Shown here: one piece after another, positions 40,057-54,010 of the stretch
How the letters are laid out: each line of letters begins with the position of its first letter
How positions within the stretch are numbered: position 1 is the first letter of the stretch
From: the human T2T-CHM13v2.0 reference genome, Homo sapiens
DNA: 64,000 nucleotides
Strand: one strand, 5' to 3'
Assembly: GCF_009914755.1 (NCBI RefSeq)
Contig: NC_060940.1
Made by a program: the position numbers and the translations under genes
Notes under the pieces: generated by a model
What the model was told of the DNA's origin: nothing
Database searches by the model: none
The model's input: only the letters and a program-made list of their open reading frames with translations

Positions 40057-42069
40057 GGCCCCCAACACCTGTGATTTTATTGATCTTATTGCTTTATGGC
40101 AAGACTAGGTTAAAAAGAGAGAGAGAGCCAATTTAAAGAGAAGCATTTAAGTACTCATGGTAGCCCAGAGACATGGCTCTGGAGGAAGGCGCGACCATGG
40201 CATGTGGATGCCTGCGACTTGCTGGTGTGACAGCCCAGGAAGTGGCCTTTGCTGGCCCTTTGGTGACTGAGGCTGGCTGAGGTTCAGGATTGGGCAACCC
40301 GTCTCTAGGGATTATGAGTACCCTGTTGGGTCTCAGGCCTGAGGGCTGGAGGAAGGGAGTATGGTGGTTTCAGAGTCAGGCCCAGGGTCTGAAGTCCTTC
40401 CTGCCAGCCCTGCCGTCCCACTCCTTGCTGGCTGTCCACCTTCCCTGTGCAAACTCTCAAGCCCAGGAAGCAGGCTCAGGCTGGGGTCCCCAGGATGTGG
40501 GGAGCTGAAGGCCGGGGATCTACAGTTAGGAGCATGTCGATTGCATCTTGGGCAGATAAAAATAGTCCAGGAGAAATCTGAGGAATTTTAATTGCTGCTC
40601 AATGTCTTTGGCGTCTTGAAGGCCTGGTCCTTGCAGGCCAAATACAAAAGGCCTGGTCTGTGTGTGCAGCCCCAGGAGCCTGTCTTCCCTCTCGCCTCAG
40701 CCTCCGCAGCTCTGAGTGGAGTCTGCGGGTGAAGCTCCTGCAGGGGCCCGCGATACAGCAGGGCAGCAGGAGCTCGCTCCACTGGCTCCCAAGCTTGCCT
40801 GGGAATCCTGGATTTAGCTTTGAGGAGGCTGTGGATTGCTTCTGGGAGCTGTGGGAGTCAGAGCTTTTAGTTGCAAGTAACGGAAACCCAACCTGAATTG
40901 CTGGAAGCAGCAAAGGCCGTTTAGTGGCTTCTGTGACCGTCCCATCGGTAGGAAGGGCGGGTTAGGGTGGGCCTGCCCCAGGGTTCACCGAACAGACACT
41001 TTTTCGAGTGCCTGCGTGGTACCAGGCGCTGTTTGAGGGCAAAACAGACCCAGAGTCCTGCCCACAGGCAGCCTCCTTCTGGAGAAGGCTGGGCCTGAGG
41101 CTGGTCCCAGTACTGGCCTCTGTCTCTGTGTGAGCTGCCTCCTTGAGTGAGCTGTCTCTGAGAAGCTGCCGATGAGATGAGATGCAGCCTTGGCACCAGA
41201 GAAGAGCTCGTTCCCGTCAGCTCCCGAGGGAGGGGTCCCAGGAGAGGGTTCCAATTGGCTTGGCTGCATCCAGGGGACAGGCCTGGTGGGCAGAGCCAGG
41301 AGCCACCACCAGGTGACCTGTGGCTGTGGTGGGCTCAGGGGTCTTCAGGGGAGTGGCTGAGGACTCTGCCCTATATTTTGGCTCCTTTGGAAAGAGATGC
41401 CATTTATCTTTGGAAGCAGCATGTTGAGGCCTGGGTTCTGATGACCCAGGCAAGGAGGGGCGGGTCTGTTTTCCTCTCCTGGGGAGGAGGATGCCCCCAG
41501 CCTCTCCCATCCCTGGGTCCAGGCCTCCAGGAGCCCTCTCAAAAGGCTGCCTGCCATGCCCTCTTTCCATCTCTCTGCCCTTTGATGAGGATTATTTTTG
41601 TATCACTGGCCTGCATGTTGTATAGTGTTGGGATGGGCTGGGTAATTTCCTAGCACTTTCAGCCTGCCGAGCTTGTAGGCAGAGTGGGCTCTGGAGGCCC
41701 AGGAAAGCCCTGGGGGCCTGGGAATGAGAGGGAGGCTGTGTGGGCAGAGATAACAGGTCCGCAGGGGAGAGGTATATGTGAGAGACATAGAACTTGAGGC
41801 CCAGAAAATGGACAGCCCCGGTCTTCCTCTTGTTTCCTGGGTATAGCCCTAGAGAAGAGATCTGCCCATTGATGGGATGCGGGCTGGAACCTCAGAAGGT
41901 CTGTGCTCCAGGGAACTGTGAGCATCATCTTGTCTGGCCTCCCTATTCTAGAGACGAGGGGGCCGAGGCCTGGAGGGGGCTACCTGACTCTGTTGCTTTC
42001 CATGAAACCTTGGACTTGTTACTTAATCTCCCAGCTTTTGTTTTCTTTTGTAAAGTGGGTTATTATCTG

Positions 42070-42540
42070 CAGTTTTACTAAATTGGGTTTTAATTACCCA
42101 AGTAATATACTCATCAGTTAAACATGAGAACACTTCTGATAAGGCTGGGGTTTATGACCCCCCCCACACCCTCTGCCTCTGTCTGCCCTCCCCTCTCTGG
42201 AAGTCACCGTGGCTGTCGTCTTCCGCATGTTCACCCACACGGGGACAATCTCATGGCATACATGGGTTTGGTGCTCTCCTCTGTGTACAGGTAGCAGCAC
42301 AGTCTGCGTGTCTTCCTGTGAGGGCTCCTTTGCCTGTCCTGTGGTCTGGCCCTCTGCCCGGGAGATCTGCAGGTCTGTCTTGTTCTGTTGGCGTCCCTCT
42401 CGTGTGGCACTCCTCTGCAGAGATCCAGCCCACATGCCTTTGAGGGCATCCAGGGTGTTCCTGACTGCGGGTTAACAGGAAGTGCATTGCCCTAAACATC
42501 ACTGGATTCGAATGTGCCTCCTGGACACACATGTGAGCAT
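42070..42540 (-). mobile_element. Old L1 (L1MC/ME-like) fragment
   Basis: aattacccaagtaatatact…; degraded reverse 3' UTR motifs. Confidence 0.45.
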
Positions 42541-42629
42541 CGTCCCAGGGTGGACATTGAGGCACTGGCTCGCCAGGCATTAGGATGGAATGTGAGAATG
42601 TTCCCGAGCCTGTGTTGGGAAGAGGAGAG

Positions 42630-42860
42630 AAACTGATGTTAGTGCTTCCAGCTTCGCATCAGACACCATCCTAGGCATGTTGTCTATGTTTTCTCATTGA
42701 CTGCTCTTTGACATCAAAATCCTCATTTTACAGAAGGGGAAAATGGAGGCCGGAGAAATTAAGTAATGTGTCTGCTGCCACTCGGCTGCTGAGGGTGGGA
42801 CTGGGCCCGGAGCCTGGGCGTCCCGACTGCCAGGTCGATCTGGACGCTGAGGAGTGGAGC
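42630..42860 (-). mobile_element. MIR
   Basis: cctcattttacagaaggggaaaatggaggc. Confidence 0.7.
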
Positions 42861-43739
42861 ATCCCTGTCCTGCCTCCCGAGAGGGGACAAGAGGAAGGCA
42901 AGAGCTTGCTCTCAGCAAGGCCTTGAGAGCGCCTGGCCAGGCTGCAGCCTCAGTGTGCTGGGAAGAGAGAACTCGCCAGGAATTTCCTGGGGCAGCTCCA
43001 GGGTAGGCTGCTCGGATCTAAGGGTTACAGGGTGGCCTAGGCCCTGCCCCCCTCCTCTTTCCCCGGCACATCCCAACCCTGTACATTCTTGGAATCTGTA
43101 AGTTGTGCCGTGTTCTGTGGGCACCGGGAGTTTGCTTTGAAACCCGTGGCACCAACATCTGTTAGCTCTTAGAGAACAGAAAGATTGACAAAGCACTGCT
43201 GGGGCAGGCAGTGGGGGAAGATGTTACATTCAGAAGTAGGAAGTCTCAAAGACAGAGGAAAAACCCCAACCAAACTCCAGCTCGCTCCCCAAGGCTGCTT
43301 TGATGTGGTTTTCCCATCCCCGGAGGCCTTATAAGGTATCGTGCCTGGATTCTGGGCTCTGGACTGGTGCTGGCTGCACACCCTGTGCCCGGAGGAGCTG
43401 GCCTCTCTTCCTGGGGCCCAGTGTAGAGCAGGGGAGGGGCTCCCAGGGCCAGCTGATGGGGCACCACTGGGACTTAGGAAGGTAGCACATCTGGGCATGT
43501 GGCCTGAGGGGCCACCAATCCAGGCCATTAGACAGGAGCAGCCCAGCCCCAGGTCAGGTGGAGCAGAGGCCCTGGAGACCCAGGAAGGTCTTTGATCAGA
43601 ACTTGCAGCAGAGGCTAAGGCCCACTGTCCTGGAGGCCAGAGGGGAGGGGCCTGGGATCACAGAGTGACAACTAAGTAGACAAAATAAGTGGAGGAGGGT
43701 CACCACTGCAGCCAAGCCCCACATGTGGGTTTCCCAGGT

Positions 43740-43910
43740 GCAGTGGTGAAGGGTATGGACTCAGGCTCTGGCACTTACTAGCTGTGTGACCTTGGGCAAG
43801 TCACTTAACCTCTCTGTGCCTCACTCATCTCATCTGTAAAACAGGGTAATCATGGCAGTCCTTTGGAATACCTGAAAGGATTGACACAAGGGTGAAATGC
43901 AGTCCTCTGA
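43740..43910 (+). mobile_element. MIR
   Basis: cacttactagctgtgtgaccttgggcaagtcacttaacctctctgtgcctca. Confidence 0.88.
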
Positions 43911-44039
43911 AAACAAGTGTTCTGGGCAGGATGGGGCATGTTTCCAGGTGTCTGTGAGGGCACCTGGGGTCTGGCGAGTCTCTCGGCTTGTCCCAGCAGT
44001 GTTCTGGTCACCATACAATAACAATAGCAGGAGTAATAA

Positions 44040-44290
44040 ACAGTAACTACTGACCTAATGAACCCCACTCATGCTTTCAGCTGCCCTGCTAAGCGCTTCA
44101 CATGCAATGACTTCCTCACTCCTCACAGCCCCACCCCCTCCAGATATCCTTATTGCTGTCGCCCCTGTTTACGAATGGGGAGACTGAGGTGCACTAGAGA
44201 TAAAGTTCCTTCCCCAAGGTGGTGCAGCATGTGTGAAGCAGAGCTGGGATTTGAACCAAGGTCTGACCCCTCCAGTTCCATGCCCTCTGC
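44040..44290 (-). mobile_element. MIR
   Basis: ggagactgaggtgc…gcagagctgggatttgaacc. Confidence 0.75.
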
Positions 44291-45032
44291 ACAGGGGCTT
44301 CCAGTGGCGCCGTCGAAGTTCTGAATATGTCTCCTGGCAACACCTGCCTTCCCGAAGGATGGTGCCAAGGGCCTGGCCCTGGCCCTGACATGTGGGGCTG
44401 CCAGCCAGGGCTCAGCTTGAGGGCAGGGCCAAGTCCCCAAGTTGTGGGGAGGAGCAGGGGAGCTTTGAGTCCTGCTAGGCAGATGGGAACCCTTGACCAC
44501 TTACCCACTAGAGCTGCCAGCTGGGCTATTTTTCTTGCACTCCTTTAGGTGTGATCCTTGGTCCCTGGTAGGTGCCAGGACTCCTGACCACCTCTGCTCC
44601 CATGCCCACAGGAGCCCTGGTTGCATGAGTAGGAGCCCGGGCTGAGGCATCTGAAGGAGCTGGCTCAAGTCCCCGCTCCGCCCCTTGCTGGCAGGTGATC
44701 CAAAGGGGGTCTCACAGCCTCTTGGAGCCTCCTAGCCACTTAGATGCAGGGCTGTGGGGAGGCCATTCTCCAGAGTCTCCCGTGAAGATCCCATTGGTCA
44801 GCACCTCGTACACTGTGAGCACTTGGTAGATGACGGGTGACTGTCATTAGAACTGTTTCTGGTCTCATACAGTACTTCAGGGTTGAGGCCACTTTCTTTG
44901 TAGAAAATAACAGTAATGATTATACCTCTCGCTTTACAATTTGCAAATCATTTTAATAAGCATCTATTTCTTGAAAGATGGAAAGACCAGGGCTGTTGTG
45001 ATGATTCAGGGGGCTAATAAATACACGCTTAC

Positions 45033-45367
45033 ACAGTTGGCCCTCCTTATCCATGGGCTATGTATTTGTTGATTCAGCCAACCATAGATAGAAAATATTT
45101 GGAAACAAAAAAGCATCCGTACTGAACACATACAGACTTTTCTTGTCCTTATTCCCTAAGCAATACAGTTTAACAACCATCTCCATAGCATTTACACTGT
45201 GTTAGGTATTGTAAGTAATCTAGAGGTGATTTAAAGTATAGGGCAGGATGTTTGTAGTTTATATGCAAATACTACACCATTTATATAAGGGACTTGAGCA
45301 TCTACAGATTTTGATAGCCTCAGGGAGTTTTGGAACCAGTCGCCCACAGGTACTGAGGAATGACTAT
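45033..45367. mobile_element. MER2 (TcMar-Tigger)
   Basis: cagttggccctccttatccatggg…catagcatttacactgtgttaggtattgtaagtaatctagag…gggacttgagcatc. Confidence 0.88.
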
Positions 45368-45627
45368 AAAGTGCCTAGCATCGTGCCTGACACATGGAAA
45401 ATGCACAGTAAGTGTCAGCTGTTTGATTATTATTATGGTTGATGACTGTGCCCATTTTACAAATAAGTAGGCTGAGGTCCAAAGGCGAGGCAGGCGGTAC
45501 AGCCAGCATGTGATTCTGTGTTTGGCTCAACATCCCGCGTGGCTTCTGGCCTAGAGACTCAAAGCTCTAGGAACATGCACGCTGCACGCCACAGACCCTG
45601 GGCCGTGTGGCTCAGTGGGGGAGATGA

Positions 45628-45916
<289 letters not shown>

Positions 45917-47863
45917 GGGGAGATGAATTTTTGCAAAGTTGAGCATTGGCACAGTACAGTGCGTCCATGAACCATGGCTCCGGGGAGCTTTCCAGTGTTC
46001 TCCAGAGCAGGGTACTGTTGAGTGGTGAGAGGCCTATGCCAGAACTTGCCAGAACTCTGCTTTCTGAGTGTGTCAGAGAGCTTGGTTCTCCGAGCAGGGA
46101 GTGCTGAAGCTGTCATTAGGTGGTGACTGGGGTGCCTTGAGCACATGCGGTCATTGTCATAGGGTCCCACACGGCTGCCTTGTTGGTGGCGATGTCTGGA
46201 GTCTTTAAACTCTTCCAAGTGTGCCAGTAAAAAGACACGAGTACTCAGACGTCTCATTGATGCTGTCACCCGGCTGCAGTGCAGTCAGGGTGGCAGGCGC
46301 AGAGCCCCGCTCTGCAGAAGACCTCAGCATGAAGAGGTGCGCAGATTCTCTTGAAGACTGTTGCCTGTTCCCTCGGGGAAGCTCTGCCTACCAGCCTTTC
46401 AGGGGGCGGTGGCACCCGTCTCTCTTCTGCATGAAAGATGGGCTTCAATTGGCTGCTGGGGCGTCCCAGCCATCTAATGATGCCACCTGTGTGCATCCCT
46501 TTCCTGTCATCGTCTCCCAGCTCCCCTGTCAACTCGGGCTCTGTTAACACAAACAGCCAGTTTACAAGCCCAGGATATGTTCGATGATTATAATAATTGG
46601 TGGAGGAGGAGAGGAAGCCATCCTGACTCGAGGAATAAAGTAGCCTGGTTTTGAAGTAAATGGGACACCGGAGTCTGAATGGCCACATTTTAACAGCTTT
46701 TAAGAAAGAGTGTGTAATGCCCTAGAAAGATTTGAAAGAAGAAAGAGAACAGCCACAAAATGTTAGCTGTTTGTCTTTAAAACAAAAAACAAAAAAAAGC
46801 AAGAGGCTTACCTCCAGCTGTGTCCAGTTGATGAGATCAGCAATACAAAGCCGTGTTTTTTCTTTTGTTCATCAAGAAGAGGACTGGTTTTTTTTTAAGC
46901 ATCATCTGAGGTGTAGAATTTTTTTTCCCCTAAGGAGAGGGTTGGGTTTTGTTTTTGTTTTTGTTTTTTTTCTCTTTTATTTTCACAAAGAGAAGTTGGT
47001 GACAGCTGCTGAGTTTGGGCTTTTTTATTGCTTGTCATTTTGTGTTTTGAGAACCGCTACCATAGCATCATCATCCCCCAAACCCTTGTCTGTCCTCCCA
47101 TAACAGGAGTATTTCCTAAAGTGGGTTTCTTGGGACACGCGTATCATGTGATACTTTTGAAAAACGAAGCTCCATGGTCTAAATAAGTTTGGAGAATGCA
47201 AAATATGCCAGCACTTGGAGATTCAGTGTTTAGAACCATAGGAAAAGTCCTGATAAGTCCTGCTGTAAGAGATCTTGTTTAACTTTGTTTAAAAGAATCT
47301 TCTTTGATCATAGAACTCTTCTGGCAGAATACCAATAAATACAGAAGACAGTTTGACAAGGTATGGTCTAGCTTCTTCCATATTTGGAGTTATCCTGCTA
47401 GGGTGGGTCAGACAGATGGGGCCTTTGTTGACATCCTAGAAATTTCCCAGCCTGTGGACCAGCAACACTCCCCTCGCTAACTTGACATCTCCTGGTCAGG
47501 TTGGTTGGGATGAGATCCCAGATATCCTTAACTCACTGGTGGGGAACAGGCAGGGTGTGTGCAAGGAATCAGGCTGGTTTCCGGAAGGCATGTGTGTTGG
47601 TGAAATGTGGGAGGCATGATGGAAGACCCAGTGGAGCCATAGCCTGCGGTGGCCTGAATGTTGTGCTGATGCGTGTGGGTTTATGTTAAGGGCAGGAGGG
47701 ACCCACCTTGGCACTTAACTTTTCAGGTGCAATAGGATCTGCCTCAGTTGACCTGAATTCCAATCAGAAGAATCAGCCCAGGGTCCTCATGGCACCGCTT
47801 TTAACGTCCCAGCACTGGGCTCCCCCAACCCCTGCTCAATGCCTCTGCTCTGTCTTCTTCTAG

Positions 47864-47930
47864 GAGCTCGTGGGCGACGTGTTGAGAGACACGCTCAGCG
47901 AGGAAGAGGAGGACGACTTTCGGCTGGAAG
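47864..47930 (+). CDS. NKD1: NKD1 internal coding exon (probably exon 4), 67 nt, starts phase 0, ends phase 1; ELVGDVLRDTLSEEEEDDFRLE+G
   Basis: Acceptor ctgctctgtcttcttctag| and donor GAAG|gtattc. The peptide matches my recollection of human NKD1 (…STRELVGDVLRDTLSEEEEDDFRLEVALPPEK…) and joins in frame to 61203. Confidence 0.97.
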
Positions 47931-48409
47931 GTATTCGGAGTCCATTGCTCTCTTCCCAGCAGCAGCGAGTGGGGGAAGCGGGTGTTCAGCTGGCCGTGTG
48001 CCCTGTGTACTCCAGAAAATCTTCAGATGGAGGGCACAACAGGGACCTTGTGACTCTGGGTGGGGGTGGACTAGAGGGTGGGATGGAGGAGAGGAGTAAG
48101 AGACAGGTGTGGCACTTCATAGGTCCAAGCCCAGGTGGGGGTCCGGTCACCTAGGTCCATGTCCTGGCCCTGCACCGGATTAGCTGGGGGATCTCGGACA
48201 GGTTGTTGAAACTCTGCTGCTCCTCTGGGGATAATAAGAGTAGCTGCTCAGAGTGATGTGTGAAGTGTGATCAGGCAGTGTTGGGCATGGAGTAAGCATT
48301 ACACACAGTGCCTATTCTGTTTCCTCCATCATGTCACTCTCTTGGTGCATGAGTGTGCACACACACACACAGCCAGCCTTTCACCTCTCTCCTCTGTTGT
48401 CCTTCTTCC

Positions 48410-48833
<424 letters not shown>

Positions 48834-49139
48834 CTATAGAATGGGAACAAGGGCCTTTGCCCTGCTTGGCTCCCAGAGTTGGTGCCAGGAACGGATGACA
48901 GCGTGAAGCAGAGTGTTTCCTGAATGGGAGATTTTAAATTCAGAAACAGGGAAAGAAATCACCAAATGGGGGGCTGCCTTATAAGAGTAAGGAAGGACCT
49001 CTCTGCTGAGACCAGGGCAGACAGCTGGCTGGAGAGCTGGGGGGCCATGGTGCAAGGGTCTGCGGAGGGGGATCTAGCCCTGCAGGGGTCTGAAGGGCCA
49101 CAAGAGGAGAGCAGACAGTTCTGGGAAGTTCTCAAGGGG

Positions 49140-49295
49140 AGCATCGGCCAGACCTGAGGACCGTGGCCACATCTGGCCTGAGAGCTGTTATAAATATAGA
49201 ATCTCAGCTCCAGCCCAGGCCTGCTGAATCCGATCTGCATTTTAACAAGCTCCCCAGGTGGCTTGCATGAACACTGCACTCAGAGAAGCACTGTT
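49140..49295. mobile_element. MER5A fragment
   Basis: cccaggcctgctgaatc…ctgcattttaacaagctccccaggtg…gagaagcactg. Confidence 0.75.
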
Positions 49296-49584
49296 TGAAG
49301 ATACTCACTCCGTTGCCTAGAAGTTGGAGGCAGGCTGGAGAGCCAGGTATCTAGCAAACTTTACTCAAATGTAAGCAGGCCCCAGATCAAGGGGGAGGAG
49401 TCCCATGAACAGAAAGCTTTGTGTGTGCATACAGTCTGGTATCTTTTATGTGAAAAAAAGGCACCAGACCATCCTCAGGAGTTTCTTAGGGTACCACATA
49501 TGCATATGACTGTGTGGATAGAGGCCTAGACAGATGATAACCATAGCTCTTTCCAAACATGGGAGGAGACTTAAGTCTGTGTTA

Positions 49585-49785
<201 letters not shown>

Positions 49786-51999
49786 TTATGTATTCCTTAT
49801 GAAATTAAAAACTAATGTCAGTATTTAAAGGTGAAAACCGTAAATAAGGCAGTAGGAGTGGAGCTGCTCTGGTTTGAGTCGGGTGGGCATCTGGACCTGT
49901 CCGTGTGGCCCTTAAGACCCCATGAGGGACCCTGGGCCCAGTGACCATCTGTGGTCCTCTGGCACCCTTGGTCCTGTGGCCCGAGGCCTCCCACCCCAGG
50001 GTGGGGGATATGGTGTGGATGGTAGGCCACCGCGTGGCCAGGTCTGGTGAGAGCAGGTGCTACTGAGTTCTGGCCACAGAAAACCAGCTGCCTGCTCTGG
50101 ACCTGGGACTGAGGGGTCCCTCTGTGCTACTGACTAAGGGAGAACAAGCCGAGTCCTGAATCTCTTCTTTGTCTTCCTGTTGGCCAAGTTCATTGCCTCT
50201 TGGCGGGCTGGAGAGCTGTTTAAGAGAGAAAAAAGGCCATCTGAGGCGTGAAGATAAAAAGAAGTCTTTTAGCCATCCCAGGAGAGGATGGCTTTAGCTC
50301 CCGCGTTGTTATGTAAAGCCGGCCCTAATCCAGCATCTTAACCGCCTTAACTGGCCAGCTGGGAGCGGGAGGGATGGGAGATTAAGGCTGGGCTTGGTGG
50401 GCCAGGGCTGCAGAGCTCCTTTTGAACTGGGGAAAGAACAAAGTAAACATCAAAAGTCTCAAGCTCTGAGAGCTGGCTGGGCGTGGCAGGGCTGGTGAGG
50501 TGAGGCTTTCGTGGGGAGAAGGGGAGAGGGACCCCTCCTCAGCTGACCCAGCTGAGGTCTGAGGACCAGGGAGGGGTGACCCCATGCTCACCTTCAGCGC
50601 ACACCCAGCCTCCCTGCCCCCACAGCTGGGCAGGACTCCAGGTAGTCGCAGCCTGCGGCTTGGGCCCCACGGGGAGAATGGGTGGCCAGGCCACGTTCCC
50701 CTGCATGGCCTCCAGGAGTCACTGTGTCTGAGGGTGCTGCAGCCACTGCTTCATCCCCCTCTCCCATCTCCCTCTCTCCAGGTCCCCCCTGCCTCTCACC
50801 TGGTGAACGCTGCCCCCGCCCAGCTTCTTGGCTATCTCTGTGTCTCATCTCTGGGCCTTTGCTCGTTGTCTCTCCGCATCCTCAAGTGCCTGGTTTCTAT
50901 TTCTCCACTCTCCGGCATCTTTAGGAAGGCTGCTCTGCAGGGCGTGGTCCAGCCTGCAGGGTCCCTGCTCCCTAAAGGAGATGCTCAGAGCCACTGAAGT
51001 CAGGCAGCCCCTCCTCCTCGGGACCAGGCCCAGGCCTCCCAGCTTCCAGGGCAGGCCTTGCTTTGGCCCTGCTGCCCTCTCCCCACTGGCCTGGTGTGCG
51101 CATGTGGCAGCCCGTGGGGTGGTCTCTGCTTCCTCAGCCCAAGGGTGGATGTGCCTGGAGTTGGTGGTTCTGCCCAGCAGGGAGCAGTGTTAAGACTGAG
51201 GCCTGGTGGGGGCTGAGCAGCACTCGGGGAGCTCGGGGCCTGTTCAGCTCTGCAATGGTCCCTAACTTTGCCTTCCTCATCTCTCCTCCCTTGATTCTGA
51301 CTTCCTGTGAATTCGCAGCTCAGACCCCATTCCAGCCTGGCTTACCCACACTCACTGTGTGACCTTGGGTGAGTCACTTCCCTGTGGCTCAATTTCCTCA
51401 CTGGGTTCCTTGTAGCACTTCTTTGCCAGGGTTATTGTGAAGACAATGAGGTGATGGATGTAGGTCCCAAGGGTGGCCCTGGTACAGAGTAAGTGCCCAG
51501 CACACTTGAGCTGCCATGATTCTTGTTTCCTGGGTTCAGTTTTCTTGAAGAGGTGTCAGCCCGTGTTTATAATCATTTACCTAGCCCAGATCAAAGAGGA
51601 CCTCTTTGCAAAGCTTCTTTAATCCTGTTAGAATCTCCAAAGGCCTCCCCGTACTCCTGGTGCCTGGAGTAGGGTCTGGCATGCTGTATGTGCTCAATAA
51701 ATAAACACTCACTGAAGAAGGAAAGTCAATACCCTGTAGTCACTGAAAGCAGGTGACCTCTCCCTCTGCCTCACTGAAAGCAGGTGACCCCTCCCTCCGG
51801 CCTCTCAGGCAGGACCTGTGTACCTGTGTTGGGGCCTGGGCCAGTCTGTCCAGGCTCCCAGGGGTCAGATGTTGGGCAAAGGAACTTGGGAGGCCTGTAC
51901 TTCCTTTCATCTGTAGTTGGAAAACTGAAGCCCAGAGAGGGAAGTGACCTGTCCAGGGTCACACAGCAGACTGAGAACAGAATCTGGCCCCTCACTCCT

Positions 52000-52810
52000 C
52001 ACCATTCAGTATGTGCTGGGCATTTGCTGCAGCTAGGGGCTCTGCTGGGCCCTGGGTTCACAGGCACGAGCAAGGTAGGCAGGCCCAGCAGTCACGACAT
52101 TCACAGGAGGGAGGCAGGGATGAATACATAAATCTGCGAAGGAGCATGGAAGTTTCTAGTAGTGGTTCTCTGCTAAGACGTAAAACCCAGGGAGAGGTAG
52201 AGTGAGGAGGCTTTTCTGAGAAGGTGATGTTTCAGCTGAGATGCAGATGCCAGGAAGGAGCCAGCCATGGAAGAATGTAGGGGGAGAGCAGCTATGAGTG
52301 AGCAGAACCCCAGAGTGGAGGGAACTTGGTGTTTGGGGAAGAACAGAAAGGAGGCCGATGTGGCATCAGGAATGAGAGTGGGGTGGTCGGCAAGTGTGGG
52401 ACCACGCCCTTAGGTTGCGTGGTTCTGCCCAGATGGTTGGGTGGGTGACTGCTGGATTCTGACCTCTGTTTTAAGAAGTGAATTCTGGCTTCTGGGAGGG
52501 ACTGCCCATGGGCAGGGAGGAAGAGGGCAATGAAACCAGGAGGTGACTGCAGGGTCGCAGGCGAGAGGAGATGGTGCTGGCCTAGCCTGGGAGCTTGGGG
52601 CTGGGGAGAGGTCCATGGGGCTGGAGGTTGGAGCTGGTGAGAAGGGGGTTGAGGGAACGAGAGAGATCAGGGATGCATCTTAGACTTTTGGTTTCAGGAA
52701 CTAAGGATTTGGCGGTGTCACTTCTGAGGTGGAGGTTTTGGCGGGTGACCATCAAGCCTCCCGTTTTTGGACCAGTTGGGTTCAAGATGCCCATTTAACA
52801 TCCAAGGAGA
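52000..52810 (-). mobile_element. L2 LINE
   Basis: gagaaggtgatgtttcagctgaga…; tttggaccagttgggttcaagatgcc. Confidence 0.7.
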
Positions 52811-53189
52811 GGTACCGAGGAGGCCGTGGGATACCTGGTGATTGGAGCTTGGGGTTCAAGGAGCAGTTGGGCAAGAAACAGAGAGAGAGAGCGAGTCAAG
52901 ACTTCTCAGGAAGTAGCCACGGACATTGCCCGGGACTCTCGGGCAAGGCTCCTCAATACACAGGGCTGGCGGTGGCTTCCCAGGAAGGCTGGGAGGAAGA
53001 GGAGTTCATGGGAAGGCAGCAGGGACCCCCAGATGGAGGGGCAGGTGCCCATGCCCCGCCGGCTCCTCTCCCTCAGTTCAGAGCCTGTCCTGTCGGGGGG
53101 TGTCAGCGGCCCTGACTCTCCACTCCCCTACAGTCCCCCCAGAAGCTGAGTTGCAGCGGTGACAGAGAACAAGCGGACTTTGTTACCTT

Positions 53190-53760
53190 GGCAGTTTCTC
53201 TCAAGTCTGCTCCTCATAAAAGCTCAGCTGGAACAGTGGAAATTCTGACTTGTGTCAGATACCGGAGAGGCTTTAATAGTTTCAAGTAGCTCGGGGTTAG
53301 ATTGTAAAAGCCGAATTTCATCACATGTTTTAACTTGGGTGGGGGCGGGCGGGGGAGAGTGGAAGGGACGTGATATTTTTAGCCCACAGAAGGCTTTTTC
53401 TCCCCTTTCCCCTTCTCTCCCGGGGCTTCCCCCTCCCTCCCTGAACAGATGTTTCGTCTCAATCCTGTTCAGATGTCAAAGCCGAGTGGCCACCAGCCTT
53501 ATGCTCTGATGAGGAAAAAAAGGCCAGAATGTTATTTGTTGAGAAGGATTTCCTCCCCTACCCGCTTTTCCCCCTTTTTTGTTTCCCCTCAGTTACAATT
53601 GGTCCATAAGCAAAATCTAGTGGCAGTAAAATGCAGCTGGGAGGCAGGATGGTGGAGAAGAAGTCCCTGGTGGCATTTCTGGTCTCAGGAAGGGGCAGAC
53701 ACCCACAGGTGAAAAAGCTGGAAATCACCCTAGAGGGACTGCCCTGGGTGAGTGAATTAC
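53190..53760. promoter_or_regulatory. Candidate intronic (possibly bidirectional) promoter
   Basis: GC boxes GGGGCGGGCGGGG at ~53341-53355, unique sequence, and outward-facing splice donors at 53187 (-) and 53747 (+). Confidence 0.4.
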
Positions 53761-53949
53761 TGCTGTGGTGCTGGTGCTGGTGGTTTTTCCTAAAAAGCAG
53801 GATCTCAGAGAGACGGATTTGTTAAGTCAGGATTCTTTCGGTTCTTTTGGAAACTCACTTAAACTTTTGGCTCATGAAATTGAAAAATCCTAGGGTAGAT
53901 CTTGCCTAAAAAGGCCTGTTTGGATTCTGGAGCTAAAACCATGTCATGG

Positions 53950-54010
53950 ACACATGCACGCACACACACACACTCACACACACACGTATACTCACACATT
54001 CACACACATG
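53950..54010. repeat. Imperfect (CA)n
   Basis: Read directly. Confidence 0.85.
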
